Positions 1-14,082 are shown, numbered from the stretch's first letter. The stretch: DNA of 64,000 nucleotides from Octopus vulgaris (GCA_951406725.2 OX597830.1:28892001-28956000); one strand, 5' to 3'. The notes: a model not told the origin generated them from the letters alone. Numbers and translations: made by a program.

Positions 1-31
1 GCTGCCCTAACCTCTGGGCCATTGCGGCTCC
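1..31 (-). mobile_element. 5' end of tRNA-derived SINE family B (cut by window edge)
   Basis: gctgccctaacctctgggccattgcggctcc closely matches 33935-33965 and the reverse complement of 49693-49723. Confidence 0.8.
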
Positions 32-486
32 AACACGTACATATATAGTGTATCGATTATGAGCATGGGTTTACAAAACAAGGTTTCTGTTGTACAATTA
101 TAACTTTTAGGTAAAAAAATGATTCCATTTATACTCAGCTAGACAAACTTTGTTACATTTATGGCAAGGTCGAAGACTTGACGATTTGTTTTGGATTATA
201 TGTTTTTTACAGTCTAAGAAAAGGTACAATATATACTACATCTATATGAATACGTATAGACATAGACACTCACAGACATACGTCTGTGTGTTGGTAACGT
301 TTGTGTATCTATATACGTGTTCAGGTATGTGTGTGTATGTGCATATATATACAAACATAATATATATATATGTACTTATATCTGTATATATGTTGAGGGC
401 TTGCACCAGTAGACATACATACATACATACATGCATACATACATACATACATACAAACATACATACATGCATACATACTGACAGAA

Positions 487-535
<49 letters not shown>

Positions 536-542
536 CACATAG

Positions 543-745
543 ATCGTTCTTCGTTTTGGACTTTCGTGTTCCTTTCCGTTTCCGAAGAAGAGCTATGCTC
601 GAAACGTAAAACTTTTTACACTTTTCTTTCTCTGAGCGCCTTATTAATACGTTGGTTGTGCAACGTCCAAGCGTTTGTTTGTTTCTTTTTTTTTTATCGC
701 TTTCTCAGTGTATCTTTTTTTTTTTTTATTGACTATGGCTTATAT
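543..745 (+). mobile_element. Penelope-like terminal (pLTR) fragment carrying a hammerhead motif
   Basis: Homologous to 51225-51425 (gaagagct..gctcgaaacgt.aa ... ctgagcg..taata ... gcgtt.gt); pyrimidine-rich; ends in TA-rich sequence. Confidence 0.65.
578..612 (+). ncRNA. minimal type I hammerhead ribozyme motif (U4C variant)
   Basis: Stem I GTTT(578-581)/AAAC(609-612); core CCGAAGA+A; stem II GAGC-tat-GCTC; GAAA(601-604); palindromic ACGT helix III; GUA cleavage triplet. Confidence 0.7.
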
Positions 746-874
746 AGATAGAAGTTAAAGGATAAATAATGATATCAATCAACAGATATGTCTAACCATT
801 TAGTAATTAACAAACCCAATCTGCGAGACAGAACATGACACTGTTTGAAGCATATATAATATATACATACGTAC

Positions 875-955
<81 letters not shown>

Positions 956-1027
956 CATATATATACATATATATACATATATATATGTATATATATACAT
1001 ATATACATATGTACACTTATGTACACG

Positions 1028-1070
<43 letters not shown>

Positions 1071-1329
1071 TTATACATATATATATATATATGTTTATAT
1101 AAGTGTGTGTATGTATGTAGCTATCTATGTTTATATCAGGTAATGTTTATGTATACATACACGCATATATACCGGCAAACACTTCCATACCTACACACTC
1201 ATACGCACATAGGCGCGCATACAAACACGCACACGCATACACAGGCACACACACATGTGTATATATATATGTGTGTGTGTGTGTGTATGTATGTATATAT
1301 ATAGGTATATATATATATATATATAGATA

Positions 1330-1362
<33 letters not shown>

Positions 1363-1599
1363 ATACGAACATGTGTATATAGGGGACCTCATAAAACTGA
1401 TAGAGATCTATACAGGATATTTCTCTACGCTGTCTAAAGTGTCACGTTACCTTTCTGTAAAAAAAAAAAAATTCTTTTTACTCTTTAAAGAATAACCATT
1501 CTCCTTACCACAATTTTAAACGTATAAGTGTTAGACTACTTCTAAATAATATTGTAGATAATTAAGTGAGTAGTGGTAAAAATAATTATTATTTTGTGC

Positions 1600-1815
1600 T
1601 TTATAGGCACACGGCCATCAATTTTGGGCCAGTATGGCGGTCGTGGAAATCGGCACAAGTGCTCACCTTGTACATATTTTACCGCCCCCGGAAGAGTGTA
1701 AAGCAATTCTGCAAAAATCGACATCACTTTATTTTTATCCTTTCGTGGGGTTGATAGTATAAGTATTATAACCAGGTATATACTTCCCTGGGCTTATGCC
1801 TACAGTTGGAAGTAT
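1600..1815. mobile_element. two degraded SINE family E 3' halves in inverted orientation
   Basis: 1600-1705 resembles minus-strand copy 44584-44700 (tataggcac..aattttgg..gtac.tatttt..ccccg.aag); 1716-1815 resembles the plus orientation (atcctttcg.ggggt.gata..ataagta ... ttatgcctacag). Confidence 0.45.
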
Positions 1816-1830
1816 AATATATGTATGTAC

Positions 1831-1884
<54 letters not shown>

Positions 1885-1930
1885 TTATATTTATATATTT
1901 ATATATATATAAGTATATATATACTTATAT

Positions 1931-1996
<66 letters not shown>

Positions 1997-2230
1997 TATA
2001 TATATAAATATAAATATGTACATACGTATATTTTTATATACATATGTGTGCGTGTATGTATGTATAATACTTTCAAATGTAGGCATAAGCACTGGAAAGT
2101 TTATAGTTAGTTATAATACATATATTATCAACCCCAGGAAAGCATAAAAAGCGCTGTCGATCGCAGCGGATGTATGTATGTATGTATGTATGTATGTATG
2201 TATGTATGTATGTTTATATGTATGTATATT

Positions 2231-2310
2231 AAACTTAAATAAAACTTAGATATGTTTCGACCAAAGATTGGTCCAGGCCATGTCTAACTTAATAGCACCA
2301 CCTCACAGGA
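2231..2310 (-). mobile_element. 5'-truncated 3' terminus of CR1-like LINE
   Basis: gtttcgaccaaagattggtccaggccatgtctaacttaatagcac matches the 3' end of the LINE at 37422-37475 and the fragment at 44010-44062. Confidence 0.65.
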
Positions 2311-2530
2311 TTATCTAAATCCTTTTAAAGTCAAGTTTGGTGGTATTAAGGTCCATTCAAGTTGTGAGATCTTGTTGAGTGAGTTGTATCGTATATACAT
2401 ACATATCGCAATTAAATTTCTCGTATAAATATATATAAATAAATATATCTGCATGTATATATGTATATATACGCGTGCTTATAGGTATATGTATATATAT
2501 ATATATTTATATATATATATCTATACACAC

Positions 2531-2613
<83 letters not shown>

Positions 2614-3351
2614 CTAGCTATGTATATACTCTCAGACATACGAATGTATACGTTTACATATATGAGTGTATTTATTTGTGCACATACTTGTATAGATATA
2701 TACCTATCTACAAATCTATCTATTTATATATCCATGTATATCTAGGTAACTATTTATATATATATACGTATATAAAAACATGCATAGTTACACAAAAATA
2801 TACCTCCATGTATATATATATGCTCAAACCTACACACACCTACAATTGTACCTGCATAGATATATCGAAGCATACTTCAGTTCAGGTTTGCGACTAAAGT
2901 AACGTTGCATAGAATGATGGAGTATGAGAAATCCGAAAATCTTTCCGGTAAATAGAATAAATAAAACTCTCCGAAAAACACGGAAAAAAAAAGCGAAAGA
3001 ACATCGAAGAATAAATGCACTATGAAGACTCAATGTTAATATGCAATATTATATTATGTGTACATATATATGCACATATAACGTGGTTATGAAATGAATA
3101 ACAAAAAATATTATATCTAGTTCTAGGTAATAATTTCTTACAATCATTTGTTTAAAAAATTACATGAACACGGCAGAATTTTTTAAATTATATATATATA
3201 ACTATATATATATCTATATATATATGTATGTGTGCATATACACACATACATGCATGCGCGTGTGTGTATGTCTACATGTAAGTATAATAGCCGATAGGTA
3301 TATACATATATTTAGATACGGACATGCATTTATCCTTATATACTTACTTTC

Positions 3352-3444
<93 letters not shown>

Positions 3445-3728
3445 TGTATATAAATATATATATATATATATGTAGGTATGTATGTATATAAATATATATA
3501 TATATATATGAATATATATAAATATATATATATTTAAGCATATATGTACACATATATGTATATATATGTGTATATATGCACTTGCACTTGGAAATTGATT
3601 AATCGTTATAGCTATCAAGATAAATGAGAGATACATTCATACACAAACATTCGCTCACACACACACACACGCATGCACACATATATTTATGCATATAGGC
3701 CTATACATAGATACATTTTACACACTCA

Positions 3729-3770
<42 letters not shown>

Positions 3771-4774
3771 CTTATATTTATAGGTGTACACATGTGCGTA
3801 TACATTTGAACAGGATCATTTGAACGTAAACTCTTACACATATACATTTACAGCTTTATACATACATAAAAAATGAATGTGTATAAGCTACCATTTTACA
3901 TTTTTTAAAGATATTTTGTACATATATCTATCTAACTATATATATAAATAATAAATATACGCATATATGTATATTTATATAGAGAGAGATATAAATACAT
4001 TCATGCACACACACATATCCATATGTATGTATCCATGTAGAAATGTAGAGGGCTCTCTATGGATACATGTTTCAAATGTATGGCTGCAAATCGTCGGACA
4101 CACTGTTTGATTCCTAACTGTAGCACTTAGGGCTATTTCTGCTTTCGCTAGAACCGGATCAACCCGTACGTTGTGAGTCAAATTCGTTCGAGTGGTACAA
4201 CATGAAATCACAGTGGCTAGATTTCTACCTGGAAATTCGAACGGTACAGCATTGTGACACACGCTGTGTCACGCTGCTGTTTCAGTTTGTGTTTTCTTAT
4301 GTGTGCACGTGTCTGTGTGACGTTTAGCCGTTGTTGTTTCTTTGCTTTTTTTTGTTGTTTTTTTTACACGTTTAGTCAGGAGCAGGTAATTCAGTCGACG
4401 GAACAACAGAACTGTCAATTTCGCAAGACGGTCATTCAACACCCACACCACAACAACCACCACCACCACCATAACCCCCTCACCACCACCAAAACCAACG
4501 CGGGCGCCGCTGCCACTACTACCGTTACGACATATATACTTACATGCATATATTTGTATATGTATATAGATACATAAACATGCATATATATATATATATG
4601 CACACTATTTTATAAACAGTGCATGTCTATATATTTACATGCGTATTATATATACATACATACTTACATACATACATACATACATACATACATTTATATA
4701 TATATATATATATATATTATATATCATATATATATATATTTATATTATATATATTATATATATATATTATATAT

Positions 4775-4811
<37 letters not shown>

Positions 4812-4869
4812 TTATAATATGTATATTTGTATGTGTATTATAGATAAACACACACACGGATACATATAG

Positions 4870-4947
4870 CACTTTGTGGCACATTGGGCAAGTATTTTCT
4901 ACTAAAATCTCGGGGCGACCAAAGTCTTGTGATATGAGAAAAAAAAA

Positions 4948-5015
<68 letters not shown>

Positions 5016-5230
5016 GTATATATCTATATATATTTGTGGTTTTCCTCCCAACATCTATTGACAACGGATGCTGGTGCGTTTAACTCCCTGTAACTTAGCA
5101 GTTCAGCAAAATGACAGGTAAAATAAGTACGAGGCTTACAAAGCATAAGTCCTGGGGTCGACTTGCTCGACTAAAGGCGGCGCTCCAGCACGTCCGCAGT
5201 CAAATGACTGAACCAAGTAAAAGAATAAAA
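4870..5230 (+). mobile_element. SINE family A, 5'-truncated, with expanded internal (TA)n
   Basis: Colinear with 40005-40420; tail ctaaaggcggcgctccagca...gtcaaatgactgaaccaagtaaaaga. Confidence 0.85.
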
Positions 5231-5448
5231 TAATATATATCTATACATGTAAAAAAAATATAAGTATGGCCTTTGTGTGCCTATAGAATTATGTTATAGC
5301 GCCAATGTATAAGATGTTTAAGAATTTATGCTGAGTCTATAGATTAGTTCATGCTTGCATGTATGCATATATATCTATATTCATGTTTACATGTTCGTGT
5401 GTGTACGCGTATGTATATATGTGTGCGTATGTGTAATTATCTATCTAC

Positions 5449-5484
<36 letters not shown>

Positions 5485-5485
5485 A

Positions 5486-5577
<92 letters not shown>

Positions 5578-5627
5578 TATGTGTGTGTGTATATATATAT
5601 ATATTTATTTACGTACATACATATATT

Positions 5628-5816
5628 CAAAATTTAATTATTAGTGTAAAAATTGATATTAATCAATTAAAACAAGTGGCTTAGTATATTTAAAAAATCC
5701 GAAGATTAAAAATTATATTACATGAAAAATTAAGTGGAATGACCACTAAAGTGGTCTCCTAATATGGCAAAAAACATACGCCAAATCACGTAGTTTAACT
5801 AATTGTCTATATAATT

Positions 5817-5887
<71 letters not shown>

Positions 5888-5972
5888 TACATACAGACGT
5901 CAATGGCGATTTGATGTTTATATTTAGCATATTAGGAGTCCACTTTACTGGTCATTCCGCCTTATGATTTAC
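5628..5972. mobile_element. inverted pair of Penelope-like termini flanking a (TA)n tract
   Basis: 5731-5790 reverse complement (gatttggcgtatgttttttgccatattaggagaccactttagtggtcattccactta) matches 5908-5964 (gatttgatgtttatatttagcatattaggagtccactttactggtcattccgcctta); Penelope assignment is inference. Confidence 0.6.
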
Positions 5973-5973
5973 G

Positions 5974-6028
<55 letters not shown>

Positions 6029-6568
6029 TTATGTGTATATGTTTACATACATGCGTTTTCTGCGTGAAAGCTTGTCTGTGTTTTAGAGTAAATATAAGCA
6101 TGTGTGTGTGTTTGGGTTTTTGGGAAGGTGGATGGCTCTTTGCTGTCATTCCTGTATATTTGTCTGTGAGTGTATCTGTTTTGGGGTCACAACAGTGAGG
6201 AGACTGTATGCCATATTACGAAAAATAAGTAAAAAAAATGAATGCTATAGATTTTACTTCAACTTACATCTCTTGCATTCTTAAGCCAACTCCCCCCTCT
6301 CTCTCTGTCTCTCTGTCTCTCTGTGTTTGTCTCTTCTCCCTCTCTTACGCTCTCTATGTCTGTCTTTGTCTCTCTCTATGTCTCTCTTACACATGCAGAG
6401 CCATTCGACCAACACCGACTCCGCTTCCCTCATAACGGCTAACACGTATACCGACATCACATGTGTCAAGTAACACCGCCATTGCCGTGCCGTCCCCAAC
6501 ACCATTACTATCATTAATTACCAAACCACCACCACCACCACCACCACCAAGTCACCACCATCACCACC

Positions 6569-6599
<31 letters not shown>

Positions 6600-6787
6600 C
6601 CAACACCACCACCACGAATACTGCCGCTGCCGGGTCCACCTAAATTTTTTCACGAACATATTGGCCGCATTAGAATTCCTAGAATCATACTGATTTAAAA
6701 AAAAGCAAAAAAAAGCAGAGGGTAATTACGCACTCTCACTCCTATACACACGAGGGCGCGCACACCCACAGGTCACACATATGCATG

Positions 6788-6819
<32 letters not shown>

Positions 6820-7013
6820 CATGTATGTATGCATGTATGTATGTGTATATATATGTCTGTATATATATATATAAATATATATATATATAAGCACAGGCTC
6901 ACACATATGCATGTGTATATATGTGTATATATATATATATATATTTATAAGCACAGGCTCACATATGCACGTATGTATATATATATATATATATATATAT
7001 GCATATAAATATG

Positions 7014-7063
<50 letters not shown>

Positions 7064-7175
7064 TGGACACACCCACAGGCATATGTGTGTGTGTGTGTGT
7101 GTGTGTGCGTGCGCGCGTGTACGTGTGTGCGTGTGTATGATGATATATACACACACAGAAACATATAAAATGTTG

Positions 7176-7474
7176 TGGCGATGACAACCTCCTTTGATCA
7201 TTGTCTGACTTAATCAAATCTGATCCAGGGGTTACACAGCTCTTACAACAATCGTCATACTAATGATGTAGGAAGCCACTACGTGGTGATTTATGCTGCT
7301 AGAAATAGGTGAGAAATCGCCTTCAAATTTGCTGTCTAAGTGAAAGGACGCAAGATGTTCACTCGTAGTTTTATATTGCCCCTAAATTTTGAGGATGGTC
7401 ATAGTTGAAGCGCGTTTAGACATTAGATGCTGAATCAACTGTTGCCCAATGATTTCACACAACAACAACAACAA

Positions 7475-7508
<34 letters not shown>

Positions 7509-7720
7509 AACATGACTACACTGGCCAACAAGGGTAGGTCCCTTCTGAGGTTGCTGGGCGTGCTAGATCAAGCAGCTGAATGCCTCGTGATTTAGCACTA
7601 CAGTGATTTAATCACCCTGATAACAAATAAATACATTTGATAGCAAGACGGGATGGCCATGGCCTGAACGCTCTACATCATATCTCAAACATATGACAGC
7701 AACAAAAACAACATCCACAA
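7176..7720 (+). mobile_element. three tandem degraded copies of a (CAA)n-tailed interspersed repeat (family F)
   Basis: Recurrent tgctagaaatag/tgctagatcaagcag, ggatggtcat/ggatggccat and tttgatca/tttagaca motifs, each copy ending in CAA-rich tails. Confidence 0.5.
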
Positions 7721-8091
7721 GAAACCGCGACGGCATCACACCCAACGTTAATTTAACTACATCCAACACAAGCGACACCACCACAACCACTACAAAGACA
7801 ACAGCACCCTCCCACAATTACTTTATACCTCCTCCTTACTACTCCTGCTATCCCTCTCCTTACTGACTCACCCTCTACCATATGCCGGAGCACCCTCCTA
7901 TATTTACATCTATTCATATTACATTTTTCTTAAGGTTTTATATTTATTTCATATTATATATAATTATTACTGTCTTTATTTTACTTTCTCCCTTTGATCA
8001 TAATTTTACATTATTTAAATGTCCTATGCATACATACGTACATACATACATGCATACATACATACAAGCATACATACACATATACATACAA

Positions 8092-8146
<55 letters not shown>

Positions 8147-8488
8147 TACATACATCTGTTCATACATACTTACATACATATATATATATACATACATATG
8201 TACATACATGTATACATACATACGTACGTACATACATAAATACATACATATATATATATACATATATATACATACATCTATACATACATACTTGTATACA
8301 TATCTACATACATACATATGTACATACATACATACATACATACATACATACATACATACATACGTACGTACGTGCATACATAAATACATACATACATGTA
8401 TGCATACATATATGTGCACACATATATATGTGGATATATATATATATATGTCACATTATCTCATTTGGCTTTGTAAATTTGTAAATTA

Positions 8489-8561
8489 TTATCAACATCA
8501 TCATCATCATCATCAGCGTCGTAATCATCATCATCATCATCATCATAATCATCATCATCAT

Positions 8562-8635
<74 letters not shown>

Positions 8636-8660
8636 ACATGATCATTATTATTATTATTAT
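8489..8660 (+). repeat. (CAT)n microsatellite grading into (TAT)n
   Basis: Direct reading; source of the poly-His/poly-Met pseudo-ORFs. Confidence 0.95.
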
Positions 8661-9009
8661 TTTCTTGTTGTTGATGGTGACGTTATTGTTATCGTGGTTA
8701 TCTATATGAACTCGTGGTTCAAGTTTCAACTTTCGTGTGACGTTTCGGAGTTTCATTTAAATATTCCATCCAGTTTTTCTCTTTGTGTGTGTATGTGTGT
8801 GAGTGAGAGTATGTGTATGAGTGAGTGCATGTGTGTGTGTTTGTATGTACTTTGCAAATATTTTCTGACATTCATTCAGCCACTCGCAGACCGATCCGAA
8901 CTATTTTCCAACCATTTCCTTTCTCCCGCACTTTCTTTCATAGAGTATATCTACATACATGTAATTATATACCTGCATCTATATATCTATCTATCTATCT
9001 ATCTACATA

Positions 9010-9084
<75 letters not shown>

Positions 9085-9119
9085 AAATATGTATGAAAGC
9101 ATATACATGTATGTGTGGG

Positions 9120-9174
<55 letters not shown>

Positions 9175-9551
9175 TTATTTATATTCTATAATTTCTAGGA
9201 ATCATGGTATGCTTACATGCTAGATGGTTATCTTATCTAATATCTTGCATTCTGGCTGCCTTTATATTTGTGAAATTTCTCCCTCTATGCCGTTTCTCTC
9301 GCGACTCTTACTCCCCGTACGAATTTATGCATGTATATACATGTATATGTATGTATAAATGTACATATATGTGTGTATGTGTGTGTGTGTGTGTGAGCAT
9401 GTATGGGTGTATATATATCTATAGTTATGAACGCGTCCGGTGTGAATGTGGGTGTGTATAATATATTCACATACATATATATACATACAAATACATATAT
9501 ACATATATATATGTATGTATATATTTATATATATATTTATTTATGTAAATA

Positions 9552-9600
<49 letters not shown>

Positions 9601-9608
9601 TCATGTTC

Positions 9609-9655
<47 letters not shown>

Positions 9656-9872
9656 TATGTGCATAAATGCATATATATATATATATGTGTGTGTCTGTGT
9701 GAGCGTGTGAGTCTGTGTGAACTTCTCTGTGCATGACTGGATGCATGTACGTCCCAAGCATGTGCGTGTGCCAATGTACATGTAATTATATTTATTATTT
9801 ACAAAGCATGTTCGACTGTAACTTCGAAAACTCTATGTATAAATATATATTTGTGCGTATATCTATATGTGC

Positions 9873-9904
<32 letters not shown>

Positions 9905-9945
9905 ATTATTTATATATATATATATATATTATATATGTATATATG

Positions 9946-10007
<62 letters not shown>

Positions 10008-10609
10008 ATCTATCTGTCTATTTAATTATACATCTCCACATCTGTCTAAATTTTTCCTCCTTACCCTTTTACTTACATCTTAGAACATCTCTTCATAACC
10101 CGCACTGTGCCTCATTTATATTTCATATAAATTGTTATTTTTTTTTCAAAAATTTCTTCAGCACCTCGCATTATTATCTATAGCAATAGACATAAACTCC
10201 CAGTTTTCTATAACAAGACAGTCTCACCTAACCTCTCCCAAATACACGTCATCCGTCCCCGACTTTATTTCGCTCCATATTTGAATACAGTTAGTTATAT
10301 TTTCCAATTATTAATTAGTATATATATATATATATACATACATAAATACGTGTACATATATAATAAATATATAGTTACATACATGTATACATATAAACAA
10401 CACACATATATGCATTTAAGCATATATATATATATGAATGTATGTATACAATCATATGTATATGTATATAAATATAAATATGTAGGCATATAGATATGTT
10501 TTATGATATATATATATACGTGTAATTGCGTGTACGTATGTTTGTATATATACACATGTGAGGCGCATATTTTTGCCTATGTATACAGAAATGTGTTTGT
10601 GTATCTATG

Positions 10610-10675
<66 letters not shown>

Positions 10676-10742
10676 TATATAAATACACACACACACACAC
10701 ATATATATATATAGAGAGAGAGACAGACATGCAGACAGAGAT

Positions 10743-10782
<40 letters not shown>

Positions 10783-11307
10783 ACACATGTATATATATTA
10801 TGTGTTACATACCTGTGCATGTATATATATATATAGTTATCTATTCAAACGATATTTATATGCGTATATGCATGCGTATCTATCTATCTATCTATCTATG
10901 TTTATATGGATATATATATATATATATGCACAAGTATATATACATATATATATATATTTAGGGAGAGAGAGACAAGTTGATAGATAGATAGATATATACA
11001 TTGATGGATGGATAGAAAGAGAGATAGATAGATATGGAAACAGATATATGTGTGTGTGTCTATAAAATCATGTGTTCTTACACATATTCAGTGTTCCAAG
11101 ATATGTACATGTCTGTCTGTATGTGTTGGTGCGTGTATTTGTTTACACATATACACACACACTGAAATTTTATACGTCATCACACTCGTTTTTCATATTC
11201 TTCTCTGATTTCCTTTCTCTCGTATAATTACTCTATCTCAACTTGCTTTTTGTACTCTTTCTTTCTCTCTACCTCTCTCTCTCTCTCTTCCTCTGTGTGT
11301 ATGTATG

Positions 11308-11349
<42 letters not shown>

Positions 11350-11619
11350 ACCCCCTCTACCTTTGTAATTATACGTTCTCCTCTATTTTTTGGCTCTTAT
11401 TCCCCGTTATTTCTTTCCCAGCTTAAAAGCTCCATTAATTCCAGCATTATTTTAACCATTCCTCTCTATTCCTCTACCTATCACTCGCTTAACATTTCTC
11501 TGTCAATCAATTCAAATTCATCTATCTGCTTTCACTTCTCCCTTTATGAATTCTCACACACACACACACACGTGCACAAAACACACATATATATAATTAC
11601 ATATTATATATATATATAT

Positions 11620-11663
<44 letters not shown>

Positions 11664-11691
11664 TCGTGAATATATACTCATATACAAACAT

Positions 11692-11763
<72 letters not shown>

Positions 11764-12042
11764 GGCTCTCCTTCTCCCCCTTGCTGCTTCCTTACTACTT
11801 TCTTAATCTCACTCGCATGCTCATTACTCTAAATCAGTCTCTCTCTTACTGCCGTTTCTCCAATTTACATATCTGTAGTCTCATTTAGCCTATCCTCATT
11901 GCTTTTCTTATCTTATTTAGCTCCTTTCTCACGCAATCAATTCCTCTAACCTCTCTCGGTTTCCATCTATCTATATATCTTTCTATATATCTCTGACTCT
12001 CCGTCACATCCTGTGTATCTTAGTTACTCTCTCTATACCTAC

Positions 12043-12084
<42 letters not shown>

Positions 12085-12172
12085 GTAAATAGCTTGTTTT
12101 CTCTTAATCATTCATTTACTATCTACCTGACTCACTCACTCACTTACCCACTATTTTCGTCACAACACATCA

Positions 12173-12208
<36 letters not shown>

Positions 12209-12726
12209 GAAATTCTCTACATTTCTCTTTCATTTTCAAGCATTCATCCTTTCTGTTCCGCTATGGAAGAAGTAAGATGCAGTTACAAACCTTTTTAGCA
12301 GTTGGCGTTTAAAAACGGCTATTCCACTGTAGATAACTGCTGCCAGACTACAGCATCTTGTTAGTTTATTCTGCAACACATCCCAACATGAATGCATAGC
12401 CAAGTAGCCCACTCGCCATATATAATGTAGCTTACATAAATAAGAATATGTATATTTGCTACCGTACATAAACATATATATTTATATGTACGTATGCTAG
12501 TGTGCTTGTATTTTTGGCCTCTCTGTATGTGTGTGTATGTGTGTTTGCGTGTGTGTGACTATGTGCTTGTGCATATATATGTATACACACATATGTATGT
12601 ATAAATATATATACATTATGTATATCTATATAAACCTATGCAAATATATACATATTTATGTGTACGTATGTCTACATCTATATATACACCTGTATATATG
12701 AATGACTATTTGCTTTAGCCATACTT

Positions 12727-12768
<42 letters not shown>

Positions 12769-12820
12769 TATGTATATATATATATATATATATATAAGTG
12801 TGTGTGTGTATGTATATTTA

Positions 12821-12877
<57 letters not shown>

Positions 12878-13879
12878 GTATGTATATATATGCAACACAC
12901 AGAGATTACTATATATATATATATGAAATTATCCAGGTATACACCTGAACACACGTACACACACACTCACACACACAAACACATACACACATTCATACAC
13001 ACACACACACATATACATATGTACATATATTTATATTTATATATGTGTATATATGTATAAACATATATACATCATCGATGTTCAGAAAAAAGAGATAGGG
13101 AGAGAGAGAGAGGCGGGGAGAGACATAGAGACACAGAGTCAGAGACAGAGAGAGAGAGGCAGAGTCACCGGGGTAGGCATTAATAAAGAGATACCGAGCG
13201 AGACAGTGAACAAGACAGGTTGACAGAAATATGTGTGGAATAGATATAAAATGCGTGTGTGCATGTTTCTCTGCTATTTATGCTTCTCCATGATAGATAT
13301 ACAAGAGTGGTTTCCCGTTGTCTTTATCTTACCATTGTAGAACTGACAAAATTGAAATTAAATTTATGTTGTACCCCTGCATTTTAACGTAGTGTTAACA
13401 TCATTCTTCGGCAGTAATAATTAAACGGAAAATATGACAAAATAAATAGAATTTTTCCTAATGATGTAATGTAATATATATATATATGCGTTAATTAAAA
13501 TCGGATGTACTTCCAAAGGTAATTTTATTTTTTTCGTTCCTTTCAATGGATATGCGATTTAATTTTTTTAAATATTTAAATATTTTTCACAACCTAATAT
13601 TCGTCTAGTAATGAGATGATGTCTCTATTTCTCTTTCTCTTTGTAATAAAAATACTGGCAAGGAAGACGTGCTAATCACTTATGAAAATATTTCAGAAAA
13701 TTTTGCAACCCCAGTTTGTGTAGATTAGTTACATATGAAGAAATGTCATAACTGTTATTCAAGAATATCCATGTTTGCAAAATCTAGAAATATCTATCTA
13801 TCTATCTTTATTTCTATGTATGTATGTATATATGTATATATGTAAGTGTGTATGTATGAATGCATGTATGTATGTATGT

Positions 13880-14033
13880 ATGTATCTATCTATCTATTTA
13901 TCTATCTATCTTACTGTCTGCCTATCTATCTAACTATCTTTCTACCTATCTATCTGTCACTCTGTCTGTCTATCTATCTACCTATATGTCTGTCTATCTA
14001 TCTATTTGTCTGCCTATCCACCCATCTATCTAT

Positions 14034-14082
<49 letters not shown>

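Noticed and set aside
4058-4104. Minus-strand CCGACGA...GAAACATGTA hammerhead look-alike
   Set aside because: Palindromic helix III is present but stems I and II do not pair convincingly
6760-7085. CRISPR-like repeat-spacer pattern (also 62995-63108)
   Set aside because: Eukaryotic context, no cas genes, and spacers are microsatellite or too short
8019-9086. 355-aa ORF with poly-His
   Set aside because: Translation of (TACA)n, (TA)n and (CAT)n arrays, which lack stops in this frame; no domain or exon structure
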